Shown: positions 7,431 to 10,980 of the stretch, piece after piece | Position numbering within the stretch: position 1 is the first letter of the stretch | Layout of the letters: every line of letters begins with the position of its first letter | Assembly: GCA_030141605.1 (NCBI GenBank) | Contig: JAQGDQ010001991.1 | Coordinates: 7,498 to 18,477 of the forward strand | DNA length: 10,980 nucleotides | DNA from: Tubiluchus corallicola | Taxonomy: Eukaryota > Animalia > Priapulida | Reading direction: 5' to 3' | The notes under the pieces: model-generated | Database searches by the model: none | Seen by the model: the letters and a program-made list of their open reading frames with translations, nothing else | Told to the model about the DNA's origin: nothing | Position numbers and translations under genes: made by a program

Positions 7431-10421
7431 CTAGCAGTCCTTTTCCAGTAACAATGCAGGCCTAACGAAGACATGAGGCAAAGCTATTTTATTGCCAGTG
7501 TTTACCCCAGTAACAGACATCTTCGTGATTAAAGTGTTTATCTTGGAATATTTCTCTTCTATAGTGGTTAAAGAGAGCGTTCGTTTTTGTCCAGTAGCCC
7601 CAAGTTTGTCGAACAATGCCTTTGTACAAAAAGTGTTAGTCGAGCCAGGGTCAAGTAGGGCTAAAGTACGCACGGGCATCTTCCCATCAACTTCAACCAA
7701 AACTGAGACAACAGGGAGAGCCGCTTTGCCGCCTTCCTTAATACTAGCACAACTGCTAGAAGCTTCTGGTTTACAATGTGTTGGCGCTTTTTCCTTCTTG
7801 CTTCCATCATTGTTTTTAGAAGGTGACATTTTCTCCAAGGCAGCATGCAGTAAATTTGAATGCTTACGTCTGCATCCTTCTACGTCGCATCCTGCTTTGA
7901 AGCATCGAGCAGCCCTGTGCTTTCCTTTAATCAAACAATTGAAGCAAAGACCTTCTCTTCTGGCGGTTTTCAATCTATCAGTATCATTCATTGACTTAAA
8001 TTTATTGCATAGCCTGAGTGAACGGTGTTCCGTAGAGTTACATAGAAAACAAGGCATCTCTAGGCGTTGAGAAGCCATTTTGCCACCACTTCCGGTTGTA
8101 TTTCCGGGTTGTCGTTCACTGTTGCATTTCGTAATTGATGCAGTTTCCTGCGCTGAGCTGGCGAAATTCCTGGCTTTGGTGTCGCGTCTACCTTTTGGGC
8201 TCCTAGTAGACAGGCTAACGTTAATGTCGCCAAAGACCGGATGATTAATTTTGTCAGCTGCGTCCTTAATGAATTCGACTACATCAAATATCGTCGGATT
8301 CCTGTGCTCATATTTCAGAAGCCTGGCTACAACATCCTTCCACCTATCCTGGAACTTGAATGGGAGTTTTTTAATTATTTGTAGCAAACTGCATTGAGTA
8401 CTAATTTCGCAAACGTTGTTCATTATTTTCAAAGTTTCCACACAAGCCACAATCAAATCAGAAAATTCCTGTAACTTTCCCGGCTCATTTATCTTTATGG
8501 GCTCAAATTCAGCAATTCTGGAAAGCCAGGCCTGTGTGACAACAAATGGCGAGCCGAATCTTTCGGTTAAAAGCTGTTTAGCATGCCCATATGCAAAACG
8601 GGGGTCCATATAATTACAACTGTCAACAACTCTTTTAGCTTTACCAATGCAGAGTTGGGCTAACCTAGTGTACCTCGCTGCATCATCTTGGGTATAGTTC
8701 TCCACGCTGGCTTCGAAACGCTTGATAAAGCTCCAGAACTTCATTACGTCACCATCAAACGTTTCAAGCTGCACGTGTGGAAGCTGCATAGCATTGTACA
8801 TATTTAAGTGTTGTCTTTGGCCTTCTAACATGAGGTCCATAAAAACGTTCATGTCATTCTGACTAGCCCTACCGGAGAAATTCCTAGAATTATTTTGTAT
8901 CCCGTTACCACAAGAAGCCTGAGGCGATGTAGCCGGAAGCGGAAGTTGCGTATTCCCTGGGACGAAGTCACGTGCAGAAATATTTAAAGTTTGTTCTACC
9001 TGGGGTGATTTAAATGCGGCATGGAAGAACGGCGTAGTTTGTTTAACGCTAGGTTCTAAACCTTCACTGGAAGAATTTTCGAAGAAGGGCTGTACATCAG
9101 ATAAATAGATATTCCACCATCTACGAAGAAAACCTGATTCATAGTCATCCGAAAAATTGACGTTTACATATTCAGTATAATCCCAGGGCTTCTTTCGGCC
9201 TAAAAAGTGCGCAACTTTAATCTTGCTACTGAACTGCTTCATTGCAGGAAGGTAACCGTAACGACCTTGGACGGCAGCATTATACACAAAAGGTAGGCGC
9301 TTGTCAAACTGTGAACTCCAGTTCGGAAAGGCTAAATTTAATAAACCCTGATCACCGCCATCGAATGAACAGGCCTCAGTTTGTGATAGTGACAACAATC
9401 TACTGTAAGTTTCCAAATTAGGCTGAAATACAAACATTCCAGAATTAAAACAATCAGGCCACCCCACATCTGGGGCAGCCGCAAGCTCATCATAATTGAA
9501 TAACTCATCAATATTATCTAATACTAAAGTATCAGCATCTAAGTAAACGCACTTTGTAAACTGAGTCATAGCCCAGCAGTGCAATTTCGAGAATGTTACA
9601 TTTAGCTCTGGCCTACCTAGCAAATGCAAGTTATCAAAATCACTACTCTTTAATAAATCAATCATTTGTACATAATCAAAAACATTACTAAGCTCTGCCA
9701 TAACTCTGCTAGAAACAGTATGGGTGACCAAAATTGCTAGATGTCGAGTTGTACCAGTTCGACGCAAACTGTGTGCCAAGACAAGAGCTCCCTTAGCATA
9801 ACTGTCGTTCATTGCCATGGTGAGATAGGCCTCCATAGACGTATGATGAACTGCAGGCTTGGTGTCTGATGACTGGGCTTTGGTGACGTCACGCACTCCT
9901 TGAAGCCAATCGGTAACCTTGTCCTTGGTTGACATGGGTTTCCTAGCTAAAGTCTCGTCCTTGATTTCAGGCGAGGTGATGGTTGTACGCGACTTCTGAC
10001 TGGTTGCACTGCTATGTGAAGTAACTTCACTCTCAAGTCTTAACTGTTTTAACTTCATTGCTTTTAATTTCAGCTCCTGTTCCTGAATCTTAATCTCATG
10101 CAACTTTACTTCCCTGGCACTTTTCTTCGACCGTCTCGTAGATTTCAAATGACTAGCACCTGAAGATGCTTTGGAAGGGCTGCGCTCGCCAACTTGATGC
10201 TGCGCTGTCGCTGTAGCTGCGTCAGCATACGACGACGTACCAGACGCTTCACATGACGTTACATTATATGAATGATCTGGTTTCTGCTGACTTGCTAAGA
10301 GTCTGTGAATTAGCTCTTCTTTACTACCAGAAACTGACAGTTGTTTGGCCCGCAGCATTTCTCGCAGCTGATCACGGGTAGTATTTTTTAATTTCTCCCT
10401 TGTTGTTTGGTCCGACATCAT
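7431..10421 (-). CDS. gag: Element B Gag-protease polyprotein, 996 aa to an in-frame TAG: SAP, charged helical region, glycogenin, PAM2-like, DUF1759 Gag, Zn knuckles, protease
   Basis: One uninterrupted ORF. Knuckles CFLC..H..C, CFNC..H..C, C..C..KHSNLLH; protease motif LDPGS. Confidence 0.92.
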   Translation of the reverse strand: MMSDQTTREKLKNTTRDQLREMLRAKQLSVSGSKEELIHRLLASQQKPDHSYNVTSCEASGTSSYADAATATAQHQVGERSPSKASSGASHLKSTRRSKKSAREVKLHEIKIQEQELKLKAMKLKQLRLESEVTSHSSATSQKSRTTITSPEIKDETLARKPMSTKDKVTDWLQGVRDVTKAQSSDTKPAVHHTSMEAYLTMAMNDSYAKGALVLAHSLRRTGTTRHLAILVTHTVSSRVMAELSNVFDYVQMIDLLKSSDFDNLHLLGRPELNVTFSKLHCWAMTQFTKCVYLDADTLVLDNIDELFNYDELAAAPDVGWPDCFNSGMFVFQPNLETYSRLLSLSQTEACSFDGGDQGLLNLAFPNWSSQFDKRLPFVYNAAVQGRYGYLPAMKQFSSKIKVAHFLGRKKPWDYTEYVNVNFSDDYESGFLRRWWNIYLSDVQPFFENSSSEGLEPSVKQTTPFFHAAFKSPQVEQTLNISARDFVPGNTQLPLPATSPQASCGNGIQNNSRNFSGRASQNDMNVFMDLMLEGQRQHLNMYNAMQLPHVQLETFDGDVMKFWSFIKRFEASVENYTQDDAARYTRLAQLCIGKAKRVVDSCNYMDPRFAYGHAKQLLTERFGSPFVVTQAWLSRIAEFEPIKINEPGKLQEFSDLIVACVETLKIMNNVCEISTQCSLLQIIKKLPFKFQDRWKDVVARLLKYEHRNPTIFDVVEFIKDAADKINHPVFGDINVSLSTRSPKGRRDTKARNFASSAQETASITKCNSERQPGNTTGSGGKMASQRLEMPCFLCNSTEHRSLRLCNKFKSMNDTDRLKTARREGLCFNCLIKGKHRAARCFKAGCDVEGCRRKHSNLLHAALEKMSPSKNNDGSKKEKAPTHCKPEASSSCASIKEGGKAALPVVSVLVEVDGKMPVRTLALLDPGSTNTFCTKALFDKLGATGQKRTLSLTTIEEKYSKINTLITKMSVTGVNTGNKIALPHVFVRPALLLEKDC
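9081..9836 (-). CDS. GYG: Glycogenin catalytic domain (glycosyltransferase family 8) inside Gag, aa ~196-447
   Basis: NDSYAKGALVL, RPELNVTFSKLHCW, YLDADTLVLDNIDELF (DxD 9539..9531), AAPDVGWPDCFNSG, SFDGGDQGLLN, LPFVYN, YGYLPA (Tyr 9260..9258), HFLGRKKPW, WWNIY; colinear with animal glycogenin-1 as I recall it. Confidence 0.95.
10290..10391 (-). other. SAP DNA/RNA-binding motif at the N-terminus of B Gag
   Basis: LKNTTRDQLREMLRAKQLSVSGSKEELIHRL fits the SAP pattern L..L...L+..L...gL..sG.K..Li.RL. Confidence 0.8.
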
Positions 10422-10532
10422 TTAGGTGTGTTCAACTTTAAACATGACCAAATAACTTCTCCTGTCTACAAAAGTCAATCTATGTACGCGAAACAGTAGC
10501 TAAACCGGAAGTAGGTCACAATCTGGGTCATA

Positions 10533-10979
10533 TGTTGACTGTATAAAAATGTCCACTCTGGATTGTCGAATGCCGATATAAAATTGCTTGGGCTTTACGG
10601 AGACAAACAAACAAAGTCATCATTCGCTCAGTGTAACTGTTTATTGTTTGTACTATTTTCATGGCACATGCCCCGTAGTCATATTTGCTTCATCCCAAAA
10701 TATTACATTTTATCTGAAATAATATATAAATTTCTTTAATAAACTGATTCATTTTTACCAAAACATCGAATATGATTAAATTAATGAGAAGCTTACAACA
10801 AAATAAAATAAATGACTAAATAAAATTTACGTACATCGTTGGCATTAATCATGAGTTCACACAGCTACGTCACCACATGTACACCTTGAAACCTAAATGA
10901 CCGGAAACTCTGTAGGAAGCGACTATTGAGGCCAGGTGTCGCCACTTGTAACTTATAGCTATACTAAATTTGACAAACA
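10533..10979 (-). repeat. Probable 5' LTR of element B (boundaries uncertain)
   Basis: Non-coding region upstream of gag. Minus strand starts TGTTTG at 10979, TATATA at ~10728, AATAAA at 10645..10640, candidate end AACA at 10533 (alternative 10429). No second LTR in the window to confirm. Confidence 0.35.
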
Positions 10980-10980
10980 A

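Larger units (their letters stand above)
6883..10979 (-). mobile_element. Element B: 5' portion of a second BEL/Pao LTR retrotransposon, interrupted by A; Gag carries a glycogenin domain
   Basis: BEL Gag (LETFDGDVMKFWSF...LLTERFG), three BEL-type Zn knuckles, protease ALLDPGSTNTF, WPHL..LLIGQDVP..YAVKTKLGWTLNGP, pre-RT motif GHYQLDIPFK..RLESLRKRL. Frame is cut at the A LTR junction. Confidence 0.9.

Noticed and set aside
7039-8070. Plus-strand ORFs of 131 and 192 aa
   Set aside because: Antisense shadows of B gag-pol with no motifs.
9081-9836. Host glycogenin gene or processed pseudogene merely lying among transposons
   Set aside because: In frame with Gag on both sides, with no stop, poly(A) tail or evident TSD of its own.
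10505-10512. ETS-like CCGGAAGT, and CRE-like TACGTCA near 10866
   Set aside because: Short motifs likely by chance; no independent support.
10422-10600. tRNA-type or self-priming PBS for element B
   Set aside because: Tested several candidate CA ends by eye and found no convincing complement. The TGGTCATG near 10450 is not adjacent to a CA end.

Overview
Eukaryotic, probably animal, DNA made of two nested BEL/Pao (Belpaoviridae) LTR retrotransposons. Element A (+, 3..6882) is complete and young: LTRs 3..466 and 6420..6882 differ by 3 substitutions and 1 indel, and one gag-PR-RT-RH-IN frame (502..6387) is broken only by an in-frame TGA at 1324. It inserted in the opposite orientation into the pol region of element B (probable TSD TTCAT). 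Only the 5' part of B is in the window (-, ~10979..6883). Two observations stand out. (1) B's Gag carries an in-frame, intronless, apparently intact glycogenin (GT8) catalytic domain, with an N-terminal SAP motif and a PAM2-like motif. (2) A has no tRNA-type PBS; the 14 nt after its 5' LTR are instead the exact reverse complement of LTR 329..342, the geometry of Tf1-type self-priming. All family calls come from motif recognition by eye; no searches were run.
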